The translations under genes were made by a program, and so were the position numbers. The notes beneath the pieces were generated by a model that saw only the letters and a list, made by a program, of their open reading frames with translations, was not told the origin of the DNA and made no database searches. From Octopus sinensis (taxonomy: Eukaryota): a stretch of 64,000 nucleotides of DNA. The stretch lies in the NCBI RefSeq assembly GCF_006345805.1, contig NC_043015.1, forward strand, positions 2,232,001 to 2,296,000. Direction: 5' to 3'. How positions within the stretch are numbered: the stretch's first letter is position 1; each line of letters starts with the position of its first letter. Below are positions 26,536-38,460 of this stretch, one piece after another.

Positions 26536-26542
26536 GGTATTG

Positions 26543-26775
26543 AAGGCGGCGAGCTGGCAGAAACGCTAGCGTGCCGGGCGAAATGCTTAGCGGTATTTCG
26601 TCTGGCGCAACGTTGTGAGTTCAAATTGCGCTGAGGTCGACTTTGCCTTTCATCCTTTCGGGGTCGATGAATTAAGTACCAGTTACGCACTGGGGTCGAT
26701 GTAATCGACTTAATACCTATGTCTGTCCGTGGTTGTCCCCTCTGTGTTTAGCCCCTTACGGGTAATAAAGGAATA
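26543..26775 (+). mobile_element. full-length SINE family A, tandem unit 2
   Basis: Head-to-tail copy of unit 1, separated and flanked by ggtattg. Confidence 0.93.
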
Positions 26776-27304
26776 GGTATTGTGCATATTGACTATCTTC
26801 AAAAGGGCGACGCCATTGATGGAGAGTACTAAGCCGACTTGGTGATTCAGTTACAGAAGACTACCAACACCATAGGTGCCCCCACCAAAAAAAAAAAAAA
26901 GAAAAAGGGGGGTGGATTAATCTGATCAGGACAATGCTTCAGTACAGAAATCATTGGTTTCAACAGCGGCTGTACATAACTGACTTTGAAAATGTCGAAC
27001 ACACTACCTGCTTCCTGAATTCGTCATAGCTGAATTTGTTTACATTGCCTGAATTTTTCTTTCATTCATCAGGCTATGAATGTTCAGCTGATCCTCAATT
27101 AACGCCGTTGATTCTCCATTGATTCTTAAATTACATTTGTAGACTTCTATGTATTGTGTATTTACTCCTACGACAATTACAGCCTACTCATTGACCGTTC
27201 TAGCACTCCCGGTTTTATACATTTCAACTCTCATTTCATCATTTTATATTTCTTTAGTCATATTGAATACTTCTGTACATTCCTTCTTATGTTGCTGGTT
27301 CTAT

Positions 27305-27516
27305 GGCGAGCTGGCAGAAACGTTAGCACGCCGGGCGAAATGCGTTGCCGTATTTCGTCTGCCGTTACGTTCCGAGTTCAAATTCCGCCGAGGTCGACTT
27401 TGCCTTTCATCCTTCCGGGGTCGATAAATTAAGTACCAGTTACGCACTGGGGTCGATGTAATCGCCTTAATCTGTTTGTCTGTCCTTGTTTGTCTCCTTG
27501 TGGGTAGTAAAGAAAT
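27305..27516 (+). mobile_element. SINE family A
   Basis: High identity to 26304 with a small 3' deletion. Confidence 0.9.
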
Positions 27517-27749
27517 ATACATTCAATTCATCTCTTGTATTTCACTTCAGCAGAATTCCATTCACTGACTTTCTAAGACCTGCCAATCCTATTTCATTCT
27601 GTCCTTTAAATACATTCTCTTCACAACTTGTTCTTATTCCTATTTTCATCGTCTGTTGGTTCATTTTGATTGTTTGTTTGTTTCGTCCTTCCTTCTTTCC
27701 TTACTTCCTTTTTTTTATGTCTGTCTCCCTCTATTCCTTTTCAGCTTTC

Positions 27750-28345
27750 ATTATCATTGTTGTTGTTATTGTTGAAATAATATTTTTTAAATATATAGTT
27801 TCTTGATAGTTATTAGTTAAGATATCTATTTATTTAGTATGGTTTATTATTATGTTTTAAGGGATTTAACATATTACACATAATTTAATTTGACAATTAG
27901 TTTTGTTAGACAATACTTTATTTAATAATTAGATGGTATATTTATTACGTAGTATTATCATTGTTGTTGTTATTGTTGTTATTACGTAGTATTATCATTG
28001 TTGTTGTTATTGTTGTTATTACGTAGTATTATCATTGTTGCTGCTATTGTTGTTATTACGTAGTATTATCATTGTTGTTGTTATTGTTGTTATTACGTAG
28101 TATTATCATTGTTGTTGCTACTGTTGTTATTACGTAGTATTATCATAGTTGTTATTGTTAAAATAATATTTTTTAAATATATAGTTTATTGATAGTTATT
28201 AGTTAAGATATCTATTTATTTAGAATGTTTTTTTATTATTTTTTATTAATTTAACATATTTAACACATAATTGAATTTGAGAATTAGTTTTGTTAGACAA
28301 TACATTATTTAATAATTAGATGGTATATTTATTACATAGTATTAC
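27750..28345 (+). repeat. about 205-bp direct duplication with a 37-bp minisatellite (about 6 units) at the junction
   Basis: 27750-27955 is repeated at about 28138-28345; unit tattacgtagtattatcattgttgttgttattgttgt with acgt at 27947, 27984, 28021, 28058, 28095 and 28132. Confidence 0.92.
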
Positions 28346-30931
28346 ATTTAAGTAAATTAGTTTTATATTAATTGATATTTTGGTCAACTTTATTATTGCG
28401 GGAAATATTAAATTTATAGATACTACATATCTATTAATACTATATAATGAAAGAGGCCGCTACGAAATTGATTTAAAATTAATCGTGGCTTCTGAAACAT
28501 TTAGACTCGAAACGGAATAGAGACTAGACGTTGGAACAAACATCAGGAAATTGAAGCGACAGGAAAAACAGTTATTTTGCCTCATTTAGCCTTCCTATAT
28601 CACATGAGGCACGAACAACTGAACAATTGAATATATATATATATACATGTGTGTGTGTGGGGGGGTATATGTGTGTATGTGTGTGTGTATTTGTATGTAT
28701 TTCTATACGCTTTATGTAAATATATTTCTATGTTTATATAGCAAGAGAAAAGGATATAAACAGAGACAGAGGCATTTGGACTTGTGAGAAAACAGGCTTG
28801 TCAATTGAATTCATTAAAATAACTTCCGAGAAATATTCATTATTATGTAACAATATACAGCAGTTTGAATTGGCGAATACACCATTTCATTGGGGTGCAG
28901 GAAATGAAGATCCAGAGAATTGAAAATGATTATTGGTGCCGTTGTGTCTGCCCAACATATATTATGAGATAAAGTGGTATTGGTTGAATGGCAAAGGTTT
29001 AGAAAAGCCTGGATTTACAAAGTAAAAATCTATTTCTTGAAATTGTTTTTCATATTATACACTGAGATTGAAAGAGCAGGTTATGATAATTATTTATGAA
29101 TGAGAGCCAAGGTGTTCATGGTACTCTTTTCCTTGCAATATATTTCTATTCTTACCAACATGTTATTCTTGCAAACGAAATCCGTTTCACCATTGTGCTC
29201 CCAAACACAGTCTCGCTTCAAAATGCATGTATTTCTATCTCTCATTTTCTATATATACATACAATGTCAGTACACAAATTCAGTCGCCATCACATGTAGA
29301 CAAAATCAAAATACATATATGCATCCTCAGGGCATATACACGCCAAGACGTACATGCTTGCTTTGTTTGGTGATCTATATTGCTATTTTATATACCTGTG
29401 TGTTCCTTATAAGATAATTCTACTTCCATAACTTTGTAGCAACGATTTCGCTTCACACATAGGAGACCCATGGTTTGGAGGTTTTGTAGCTGCCTATATT
29501 CAACTATATCATAAGCAAACAAATAAATAAATGAGTCGGTGAATGAAGGAATGTATAAACAAATAAATAAAACTAAATTAAGTACGGATCAAATCAAACT
29601 TTGAATTCCATAATATGGAAACGGAAAATAGTCGGAAGCATCACTGATTTCCCTGCACCCATAATAGCAAATGATAGTTTTCTGAAATATTGTGTCCTCA
29701 TAATTCATCTTTCACTGGTTATGTTTTGTTTAATGGTATCGTCAAAGAATGGAAAATTAAAAGCAAACGTTTTGGTTAAACACTTTGAGTTTTTCTTCTC
29801 TATATTTTTTGGTTCGCTATTCCTCGTGTTACACTTATTCAACCGTAGATTGTGCCTTTCATCGTTATCTCTGTAATGCTAATTGTGATATCATTCTACT
29901 CACGATGGAGCCTTGTTGGATCTTGTAACATGTATCACACTATACCTTAATTAACAAGGACATAATAGTCAAATATATATATATATTCCTTGGATTACAA
30001 TTTACATTCGCCATCACTACCACATATACGACTCTCAGTGCTACCATCGCTACCACAACCATCAGCAATATCATCGATGATTACGAACGCAATGACTTGT
30101 AACATTTAGGCTCCAGTTGTGTTGCTAGCGCTCTTCACTAAATTAATAAGGTTGTCGTAAGGTTGCAGGAGAGGGGAGATATTTAACATTACGACAGAAA
30201 AAAAAACTAAATCAATCTTAATCATATTTCTGGCAATAGCTCTCACGATTGCACGGAAAATAAAATGACGAAAGAGGATCTTCACCCTGGTGGAATTTCG
30301 TTTCTGAATTGAGAAGAAAAAGATGTAACTAAAACATTTTTTTTTCATTCATCAATACTCAATTATCGATAATGATTATCGTTTAGTCTTTTATCTGCCG
30401 GTAGCAAATTAGAAGAAATCGTCTAATATCCATATTTCAATTATTGACATTCAATAGTTAATATTTTGAAAGTATGACAGTGTCGCCATATGATATTTCA
30501 AAATGGATTGCTTTGAGGAAAGATAGGCACGCACGCACACATACATGCAAGCGCGCACACACAGAGATCAAAATGAAGGAGTGCGTTACGGGAATAATAT
30601 TTTCAGATGTCAAACATGGACGGCAATGACCAAACGAACGGAAAAAGACACAGGTCAAGCTGAAAAACAGACACCAAATGTACAGACGAAAGGAAAACAA
30701 ACACAGAAGGTCATCAACTCCCCATCAGTTATTGGCCAAGTGTTAGAGAATTGCTGAGAATACGACCAAAACACAACAAAACAAAAACGAGACGGACAAA
30801 CAAGGATGAATAAAGAATACGGAAATGGATAAAATAATTTCGTGGCGATAATGTTAATGGACGGGCAAGGGACAAAAATACTCTGAATAAAAAAAGAGAA
30901 TATAGCCTTAGGGCCGGGTGAAGATAATATG

Positions 30932-30982
<51 letters not shown>

Positions 30983-31490
30983 GCATGTGTGTGTGTGTGT
31001 GTGCGTTCATGTATATATATATACTATATATATATAAAGGCACGAATGTATATTTGTGTGTGTAGCTGTCTGCGTGCGTGTATGACCGGACGCTTACAGG
31101 GAGCACGCATGATGTTTTGTTATTTCGACATTGGTAGAAATAGATATAACATCGACATCCTTGTGAATTCAGTTGTGAATATTTAAAATGAAAGTAGCAT
31201 GCTTATTATTTATTACAAGACATCGAGCAAGACTCTGGAACTTTTTTGCAATCATTGTTTCGAACAAAAATGACAATAATCATATTCAACACAAACACAG
31301 ATATGTAATTAACATTCTATAGAGAGAGAAATAGACAATAGAATACAGATGGTTATTTTACTAATTTCCAAAATGGTAAAACAGAAACCAAGTTACCGAT
31401 ATCGGAATTTGACAAATTGCTACTATGTCGGTGCTCCTATTTTTTATGGAAGTATTGTCGCTAGCCCAAATTTTCCTTGATGATATTCTA

Positions 31491-31707
31491 AGACGGCGAG
31501 CTGGCAGAAACGTTAGCACGCCGGGCGAAATGCGTAGCCGTATTTAATCTGTAGTTACGTTCCGAGTTCAAATTCTGCCGAGGTCGACTTTGCCTTTCAG
31601 CCTTTCGTGATCGATAAATTAAGTACTAGTTACGCACGGGGGTCGATGTAATTGACTTAATCCCTTTGTCTGTCCTTGTTTAGCCCCTTTTGGGTAGTAA
31701 AGAAATG
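31491..31707 (+). mobile_element. SINE family A with 9-bp TSD
   Basis: TSD gatattcta at 31482-31490 and 31708-31716. Confidence 0.92.
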
Positions 31708-31830
31708 GATATTCTATCACCAAGAAAGCCAATTCTCGTAATTTGCTATGATGTCATTATCCAGAAAAAATTGGTTTGTGTATAACAAACCTTTCAGCAC
31801 TTACACGGTCACTGTTCTGACGTACGTCAT

Positions 31831-31929
31831 GGATCTTTAATAAATGGGTATGCCAAACGCATTGAATCTTTAGCAAACGATTATGCGAAAGTAATGGAAT
31901 CTTTAGTAAATGGTTTTGTTGAAGTCGTG
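31831..31929 (+). repeat. three diverged 33-bp tandem repeats
   Basis: Units start g[ga]atcttta at 31831, 31864 and 31897. Confidence 0.75.
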
Positions 31930-32533
31930 GCTTGACCCATGTTTTCTGATTCAGTGATAGTCTAACATTTTTATATTCGTACCGTAATAAAAGATTGATA
32001 GAATTATCACCGTAAAGAAAGTACTGTATTCAACATATGTGCACGAGGTATCCGACAACTTAACTGACTGTCTTCCTTCCATTAATCAAGGCTAACTTAA
32101 CACTTATCACGAAGTCTGCATCTGTCCATTGAACTTAATTCAAGCATTGAAAATTGTCCTTCCCCTTTTCTGAAAATGACATCGTATGATTGGAGAGATA
32201 TTGCACAGTATCTTGTAGTGAATGAAATGAATATGAAGGTAACACGGTTGGTACATCAAGTGTTTGAAATACTGTTAACTTGAAGACCAGGGCATCATCA
32301 AGTCTGCTCGAAACTTCACAAAAGTACTAATAGTAGTACCTAACAGTTAATAGGTCCAACAGCTGTCGTAAAACCGAGGATCTTACGACTTAAACCGTTT
32401 ATATTGCAATAAGCTCCACTTCTTGACTTGCATCACTTCACTTTATTCGTCTCCCGCATCATGGAATTTTCGTTATTTATTCTTCAATATTTGGTGTTTA
32501 TCCTATTTCTTAGCCCCATTTTTTCCTTCGCCC

Positions 32534-32735
32534 CTTCTTCTTCTTCTTCTTCTTCTTCTTCTTCTTCTTCTTCTTCTTCTTCTTCTTCTTCTTCTTCTTC
32601 TTCTTCTTCTTCTTCTTCTTCTTCTTCTTCTTCTCCTCCTTCTCCTCCTTCTTCTCCACCTTCTCCTCCTCCTCCTCTCCTCCTTCTTCTTTTTCTCCTT
32701 CTTCTTTTTCTCCTCCTCCTCCTCCTCCTCCTCAA
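32534..32735. repeat. (TTC)n/(CCT)n polypyrimidine microsatellite
   Basis: More than 30 TTC units followed by CCT variants. Confidence 0.97.
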
Positions 32736-33497
32736 CCGCCTCCCTTTTCTCCGCGCACACTCCATTTGTTTTAACGTTTCTAATTTTCCATATTCATTTT
32801 GTTATTGTTAACCTTATTCATATACTTCTTTATCTCCCATTTACGGGGTCCTTTACACCTCCCTCGTCCATTCTTCTTTATTTTTTCTTCACCATCCTCT
32901 TTCCCTCATCACACTTACACTCGCAGGAACTTTCCTTATTTTTCCTTTATTTTACTCCCAGTTTTTAATCTTTGTAAAACTAGCCTACCTCTTTCCCCTG
33001 ATATTTTTATTCGAGAGAACTCACCTTTAACCTTGATACCATGCTTGAAACAAAAAACCAAACTCTTAACAAACCACAGCAATATAACCAGCAGCGACCA
33101 TAACAAAAACATTTGCTGACTTCCTCTAAATACAAACGATTTACATATTGACCCCTCTCAGCTATAATTATAATTCCAAACAGTGTTTACTTGGATAATA
33201 TGGATGGACGCCAGCGCAAAATATTTGCCAATTTTTATCTGGTCGATGCAAATAAGTTTAAGTAGATAATGATTAAAACCATCTAAAATACTGTATTTTT
33301 TAAGAAAATAAAAATACATTTACGAAACATGAATAACTAAATAATGAACAAATAAATATATATTAAAAACTAAATAAATATGGTGAAGTGTGTTTCCATA
33401 TAATATTACATTACTAATACTTGATCTTCACGGCTGTTGCTTCAGGAGTTATAAATATATATATTGGAAGCGTATGAAAAAAATTACTATATTTAAT

Positions 33498-33708
33498 GGT
33501 TTCAAATTTTGGAACGGGACCAGGATGTTTGGGAGAAGGGATTAGTCGAAAACATCGACCAGTGTTCAACTAGTACTTATTTTATCGAACTCGAAATGAT
33601 GTGAATCAAAGTCGAACTCGGTGGAATTTGAACACATAACGTCTAGACGGAAGAAATACTACTAAGAATTTCGTCATGTGTGCTAACGATTCTGTTAGCT
33701 CGCCACCT
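33498..33708 (-). mobile_element. old SINE family A with a caaaatttgaaacc-type tail
   Basis: Collinear but diverged head and core; tail similar to the 8410 copy. Confidence 0.8.
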
Positions 33709-33864
33709 TATGACAGTATATTATACCAGAATTCGCATTTCATATTTACAATTCAGAAGAATCTTTCAAGCATGTGTGAATTTATTTCATTAAGGGAAGA
33801 CAGTGTGAAAGAGCGTAAGTGAGTAACAATGAAATATGTATACATACACACACATGCACACGGA

Positions 33865-34540
33865 CAGAGGTGACTGGAATGCTTGCTTTTCAATAACGTG
33901 GATCAGGGTTTGTCTCACTGCTTGGTACCATTCTCTGAATGCCTTTCGACTATAATCTCGCTCCGATCAAAGCTTTGCAAGTGGACAGAAATTGAAAGGA
34001 ACCCGTCATATTTGTGCCCATGTGTGTTTATAAGTGCTCGCGCGCGTGTGTGTTTGTGTGCGTGTGTGTGCGAGAGTGTGTCTTTGTGTTTGCCCCATAC
34101 TGCCACTTGACAACCGATGCTGGTGTTTTTACTTCTTTGCAGCTAGCGGTTCGACAAAAAGGATAGGAAAGAATAAATACCTTTTTCTTTACTACCCACA
34201 AGGGGCTAAACACAGAGGGGACAAACAAGGACAGACAAACGGATTATGGCGATTACATCGACTTTAATGCGTAACTTGTACTTAATTTATCGACCTCGAA
34301 AAGATGAAAAGCAAATGTCGACCTCACCTGAATTTGAACTCAGAACGTAACGGCAGACGAAATACGGCTACGAATTTAGCCCAGCGTGCTAACGATTCTG
34401 CCAGCTCGCCGACCAGGCGTAAAGAAATATATGGTGGGCTCGATTCATCCGTGCAACAAAAGAAAAAAAGAAAAAAACAAAGCGTCTCCAATGCTCAGCC
34501 CCAGTATGGGCACAGTCAAATAACTCGAGAATATAAAGCA
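33865..34540 (+). mobile_element. old SINE family B interrupted by an antisense SINE A
   Basis: cttgacaaccgatgctggtg...gaataaatac before the insertion; caggcgtaaag...ccagtatgggcacagtcaaataact after it. Confidence 0.7.
34182..34411 (-). mobile_element. SINE family A nested in SINE B
   Basis: Full-length reverse-complement match to family A. Confidence 0.9.
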
Positions 34541-34989
34541 TTAGAGATAAGGAAGGCACATATATACCTCACGCTTCCTTCTCTCTTTCTCGCTCTCCCT
34601 CCCTCTCTCTGTCAGTCACTCTCTATCTGTCTGTATGTCAGGTTGTCTGTCTCAGTGTCTCTGTCTCTCATTCTTTCTATATTCAGAAGCGCTCAGATAT
34701 GATAGACAAATGTGGACAAAGAATGGTAGGATGATTCAAAACCTACCTCTGCTTTATTTCTATTTGTGTTAGTAATTTTGAATAGATGTATGTGAGAGAA
34801 AAGTTCTAAAGAGTTCATTTGAAAATGTAATCCCTTACAAATCTCATTGTTTCTGCTAATGCTTTTACCCTTCCTCAGTGTACTCAGACACACGATCATC
34901 TAATACGTATGTCTGCGTCTCCTTGTACGTGAGTGTATGTATGCAAGTATGTATGTATTATGTATATAAACAGACACATATGCACTATA

Positions 34990-35024
34990 TGTGTTTACTT
35001 TCATATATATATAATATATATATA

Positions 35025-35070
<46 letters not shown>

Positions 35071-35120
35071 TATATATATATATATTATATATATAATATA
35101 TATACATACATTTTTAATTA

Positions 35121-35166
<46 letters not shown>

Positions 35167-35780
35167 TATATACATATATACATATGTACTATACATATAT
35201 ACATATATACGTACGTACATATGTGCAAGCTTACGTACTTACTCACTAGTACTGCGAAGATGTTACTTTAAACACTCTGCACAGACATTAGCTTCTTTTT
35301 AAGAAGCAAGAAATCAAATGTATACTCATTTTAACTGTATGAACTAAATTCCTTTAATTATTCAGAATTATTTCGTTGGATTTGGATTGCAATATTCTCT
35401 ATGTTAGTTCGTGAGTTGAAGCATATTCTGTATACACATACACATGTGTATGTGTATATATGTGTATATAGGGACTAGTGTGCTGTGTGTGCATGTGTGT
35501 GTGTGGATATGTGTGTGTATGCGTGTATGTGAGTATGTGTGTGTATGTGTATATATATTTTTATGTGTGTATATGTATGTGTGGTCGTGTGTGTATATAT
35601 ACATGTGTGTATACGTGTATGTATGTGAGTGTGTGTATGTATACATATATGTCTTTGTGTAGATATGTATATGTATGTGTAAGTGTATATATATGTATAT
35701 ATGTGTGTGTGTATGTATGTGTGTATGTATATGTATATATGTTTGTATGTGTGTGTATATTTGTATACATATGTGCATAG
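34990..35780. repeat. (TA)n and degenerate (TG/TA)n arrays
   Basis: Two long low-complexity tracts separated by about 200 bp of unique sequence. Confidence 0.9.
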
Positions 35781-36015
35781 GTATAAGTGAGAATCTCCTT
35801 ATTTACCTAAAACTCTATTCCCCTTTTTTTTATATATATATTTTTTTTTATTTTTTTATATTTTTTTATTTATTCTTCTATCTAATTTAACACTGACTCC
35901 TTGACCACTCCCCCAAGTATGATATTTTGCGCTATGCCTACCCCCAAAAAGTCCCCCACCAACACCCCGTTAAATCTGCCTAAATGTATAAATGCCAATA
36001 CAATTCTTGTTAACT

Positions 36016-36066
36016 AGCTTCCTGAAGATTTCTCTTGAATGAAACAGTTCTAGTCCTGTAGAAGCT
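36016..36066 (+). ncRNA. type-I hammerhead ribozyme, intact core
   Basis: Stem I agcttc/gaagct (6 bp); CTGAAGA; stem II t-ttc-tctt-gaa-t; GAAA; stem III cag/ctg with near-palindromic loop; GUA triplet at 36058-36060. Confidence 0.78.
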
Positions 36067-36077
36067 CCTTCTATATA

Positions 36078-36124
<47 letters not shown>

Positions 36125-36137
36125 ATATATATATATC

Positions 36138-36175
<38 letters not shown>

Positions 36176-36632
36176 ATATATATATTATATATATTATATA
36201 TATATATATATATATGCATATATATATGTATATGTGTATATATATATATATATATGCATATGTGTGTATTTGTATATGTGTGTGTGTGTGTGTGCGTGTG
36301 TGTGTACATGTGTATATGTGCGTTTGCAAGCGCACACGTATGCGTGTGGTGAGTGTTATATACTGTATTTACTCAGGCATTTATGCATACGAATACAGAT
36401 AATAGACATATGCCTACTTGTACAGATAAAAACATTTGGGAAGTTAGGATTTTCAAACTAAACTGTGAAATTTTCACCTCGAGATATTCGTTGAATGGAA
36501 AATGTGTAGCAACTGGAAGGTGTTATTACTATTACGACTGAACTTGGAAACGCTTTTGTTATTAAAATATATGATGAAATGTACGGTGTAATACAGCGTA
36601 TAAACTTTCTGTTCATCATTACTGCTTTATAT

Positions 36633-36872
36633 GGTAGCGAGTTGGCAGAATCTTTAGCACGCCGGGGAAAATGCTTTACGGTATTTCGATTGACTTTATG
36701 TTTTCAGTTCAGACCAAAATTTGAACCCAATATTACTGTTTGGCATCAGACAGTGAATCTTGAGGTGTGAAAGTATATAGGTGGTATATTAATACCAGTC
36801 CTTTACTGGGAATTATGTATCGACCTTAATAACATCGGTTATTAAATTATGGTTTTCTGTGTAAAGAAATAA
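36633..36872 (+). mobile_element. old SINE family A
   Basis: ggtagcgagttggcagaatctttagcacgccggggaaaatgc head; decayed 3' part. Confidence 0.65.
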
Positions 36873-37193
36873 GTCTACTTTTACAGAATTTTTCGAAACC
36901 TAGACAGTTATAAAGATACTTGAAAACTACCAATATTAACCATGAGATGTAATGTCAGATTCAAGTGGATTGGGATTTAAATATATTTAAGGGCTTAATA
37001 AATATCAGAGATTTTTTGTTTATCATATTCTTCGGTACATTTATAAATTTCCATTTATAGTCATTGTTATTTATAGTTAATATTGATTGCTTTAAAAAAT
37101 AGACTGACATAACTCTTCTGGTTTGGAGATCTGATCAATAACTTCTCCCTATTCTACGTAAATTGTAACGAATATAATATATATATATATATA

Positions 37194-37509
37194 TCGCCGT
37201 GATCACCGTGACCGACCAAGCTATCAGATGTTGCTACACATCGCAGGTCAAAATGGTCTTCGCATAGTTTTAGCCTTCAAATGACGCCACCCCGCTGGCT
37301 AAGCGAGCAGGCCAACAGAAGAAAGAGTGAGAGAAAGTCGTGGTGAAAGAGTACAGCAGGGATCGCCAACCCCACCCCCCTGCCGGAGCCTGGTGGAGCT
37401 TTAGGTGTTTTCGCTTAATAAACACTCTCAACGCCAGGTCTGGGAATCGCAACCGCGATCCTACGGCCGCGAGACCGCTGCCCTAACCATTGGGCCATTG
37501 CGCCTTCAC
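37194..37509 (-). mobile_element. SINE family C (tail type 2)
   Basis: Same head and body as 22783, but unrelated sequence beyond ...ttcttctgttg. Confidence 0.88.
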
Positions 37510-37511
37510 TT

Positions 37512-37571
<60 letters not shown>

Positions 37572-37577
<6 letters not shown>

Positions 37578-37688
37578 AAGGAGCTTCTATAAAATAGCTC
37601 CTTCTATAAAATAAATTAATAATGTATTTACTCTGCCATGTATTGAGTACCTTATTTACTGTGGTTAGCCCCGACTCAACCCGGGACC

Positions 37689-37690
<2 letters not shown>
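37572..37690 (+). mobile_element. PLE-like terminal micro-element with 5' fold-back, inside (TA)n
   Basis: 14-bp inverted repeat ttatagaaggagct/agctccttctataa; the arm equals the sequence just 3' of the 36016 HHR cleavage site; tail motif shared with 52946-52974. Confidence 0.7.
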
Positions 37691-37735
<45 letters not shown>

Positions 37736-38054
37736 ATGTGTGTGTGTGTTTATGATATACATCCATAGATATGTGTGTATGCATATGTTTGTGCAGAGAA
37801 TACACGTAGATGTAACTGCAGCTTAAAGAATGTGTAAATTTTAAAATGGAGATTCAGGAGGAAATAGTAATAATTTGAATATAAATTAATGAAAATCACT
37901 TCGGTTACTATTGTGTATGAAATTCGCTTCTTCTGAAGTAGAGATGCACATTAAAGACAAAGGATTGTATTATATGTGCAAGTGTCTTCCATGAGAGAGA
38001 CTTTCGATTCATTTCTTCCATTACTTCATATATTCTCATACGTATTATTTGCAA

Positions 38055-38460
38055 TTTTAACTTCTTTAACTTTATTATTTATCCCGTACTTGCTTTAGTC
38101 ATTATACTGCATCATCCTGGGTCATGAAAAGATTTAGATGAACGAATCGACGGCAGAACTGATTTTTGTAAGGTCATTTTCTTATTACATCGGTTATTTG
38201 GAGCGAACTGCTAAGTTAAGTCGAAATAGCAACACCAACACCGGTTGTCAAGTGGTGGTCGGAAACAATGCCACACACACATACAAAAGCATATATATGA
38301 TGGACTTCATTCAGTTTCTGTTTATCAATTCCACTCACCAGGCTGTGGTAGGTACAAGGCCACAGGAGATCACACCACAGCAATGTGGCGCGAATTAGGA
38401 CTGAATCCGGAACCATATAGTTGAGAATCAAGATTTTTATCAAGCAGCAATGCGTGCATC
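38055..38460 (-). mobile_element. old SINE family B
   Basis: ttccactcaccaggc, actgaatccggaaccat, caacaccggttgtcaag. Confidence 0.7.

Larger units (their letters stand above)
25733..27101 (+). mobile_element. decayed mariner (irritans/Himar1-like) containing a SINE dimer
   Basis: TIRs tacgcaggttggcggaaaagttcatatactg and caggctatgaatgttcagctgatcctcaatta; remnants DDAPALTSVQRWA, AVWVERL (WVPR-like), GIVHIDYLQKG, DQDNA. Confidence 0.85.

Noticed and set aside
27943-28160. 37-bp repeats as a CRISPR array
   Set aside because: Units are contiguous with no unique spacers; eukaryotic context; no cas genes.
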